NCBI RefSeq assembly: GCF_000143415.4
Contig: NW_003314271.1
Location: forward strand, 2,795,729-2,859,728
From: Selaginella moellendorffii
Lineage: Eukaryota > Plantae > Lycopodiophyta
Length of the DNA: 64,000 bases
Direction of reading: 5' to 3'
This document shows positions 62,670 to 64,000 of this stretch, one piece after another; the first letter of the stretch is position 1; every line of letters begins with the position of its first letter. The notes below the pieces were generated by a model. That model worked only from the letters and a program-made list of their open reading frames with translations. It had not been told where the DNA came from and made no database searches. A program made the position numbers and the translations under genes.

Positions 62670-63100
62670 AAGGCTCTGATACTATGTGAATCTAACTAAA
62701 TATCAATTGATAAGGAAAGAGAGGTAAAGAGAAGGTGGAGTGTATGGAAAACCTAGCATCCTCCCTCCACCTTAGTGAGGCCTTTTATATCTGGTGGAAT
62801 AAGTGCTTAGTATTGTTATATGTGAGTCAGACATCAAGCACCTCATATATCCCCCTGTGTGGTGGTAAGGAGGTCCTCTACCTCTGGCCTGTTGGCACCT
62901 TTCTCATACTTCACGTCATGGTCCAGTACATGGAGCTGCTGGCTACTTCATCCCTAAGAACACCTGCATGCTTATCAACACATACTCTTTAGGAGGAAAC
63001 CCTGTGGTGAGGGATAACCTGCTCAAATTTTGGCAAGAGAGGTTCTAGGAATCCACCATGAGAATCAAGGTGATGGCGTCCTCGTTGCTATTTGATCCAG
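62670..63100 (-). mobile_element. Probable LTR edge with Met-type PBS of another decayed retroelement
   Basis: Minus strand reads ...ttcaca tagtatcagagcc near 62672-62690; other LTR end not identified. Confidence 0.4.
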
Positions 63101-64000
63101 AGTACTAGATGGTGTCCTTTGGAGAGGCTTCTGTAATTTTGGACAAGCCACTCAAGCTCATGGCAACACCTTGGCTACCACCACTGACTGGCTCTATACG
63201 ACACTGGGGCCACATGCCATACAGGAAGAGAGTGCTGCTTGGCAAAGACAATGTAGCTTTTGCAATGGAGCAGCCTTTGGTATAATTTTTTATTTGTAAA
63301 TGGTGGCCGTTGATGGTAGGGTTCCATTTCTGGTCGTCCAATTCCAATGGTCAAAATTTGGCCGTCTGATTTCAACGGTCACATTTTCTTAGGTTTCGGA
63401 ACTGGGCTGTGCATGGAACAGCGTTTGAAATTGAGGGAATCAGATCGTTTCTTAAGTTTTTATCTTGGAGTTTTTCACACGACATCTCTGTGGAGGTTTT
63501 GCTTGACGAACACTGTGGATTGGATCGGCTGAGTTGAAGTTCATAGACTTCAGGTACTCAGTGCCTCTCTGGATCCATTTCGTAGTTTTCTAGAACTTAT
63601 GTTGATCACACAGCTTTGTTTTGATATAGTGAGGATGGAACGCTCTTGGCTGCCACACAGTGGCAAAAAATTTGTGTGGGGGCTTGATGGAGGCGATGTT
63701 CATGGCCGCAGCTCCATCTAGCGTCAAGCTGACAAAACAGTTTCTTTCGCTTACTGTTATTCCTTTCATTTGTAGCTTCCAGGCCATAACCAGAGCGAAG
63801 ACTGGAACGCACGGGGGCTTCACACACATCCTTTCTCAGCCTTTGGCATTAGCGGTGACACAAAGCTACTAGAATTGTAACTGTTGCTTCCTTCCATCGA
63901 TTTGCTTCTCACACAGGGTAGTAACTCATCTCGTGAACAGGAGGTGATAGTGTTACTTCTAGTCTTACCAAGCCTCTAAAAACTGTTTTTCTGAATCAGC

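Noticed and set aside
63105-64000. Short ORFs at window end
   Set aside because: No recognisable domain or consistent exon structure could be supported

Overview
Eukaryotic (land-plant) genomic DNA, not prokaryotic. The 46-64 nt introns, PLS-PPR debris and Cassandra TRIMs suggest a lycophyte such as Selaginella (inference only). About 50 kb (1-50 kb) is a multi-layer transposon nest. The oldest layer is a Mutator-like fossil and an old Ty3/gypsy. These carry a non-autonomous LTR element, two near-complete but defective chromodomain Ty3/gypsy elements nested LTR-in-LTR (1745-16449 minus, 8357-15581 plus), solo LTRs, two TRIM families including 5S-bearing Cassandra, a non-chromovirus gypsy with tRNA-Ala PBS and 4-bp TSD, and two near-identical MITEs. 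One intact secreted cysteine-rich peptide gene lies inside the nest. The 50-62 kb region is a rearranged tandem duplication holding an intact 10-exon ADH, a CCR4-like pseudogene, PPR fragments and a cluster of Crinkler/Uma2-like PD-(D/E)XK nuclease genes. Best candidate for a new system is splice-controlled retrotransposon expression. Both chromoviruses have a phase-0, 3n+1 GT-AG micro-intron candidate between the Gag zinc knuckle and protease, and splicing it would end Gag 7 codons later in both. Element 1 also has two host-sized intron-like inserts inside integrase whose exact removal restores conserved motifs. All coordinates and alignments were done by eye; no searches were run.
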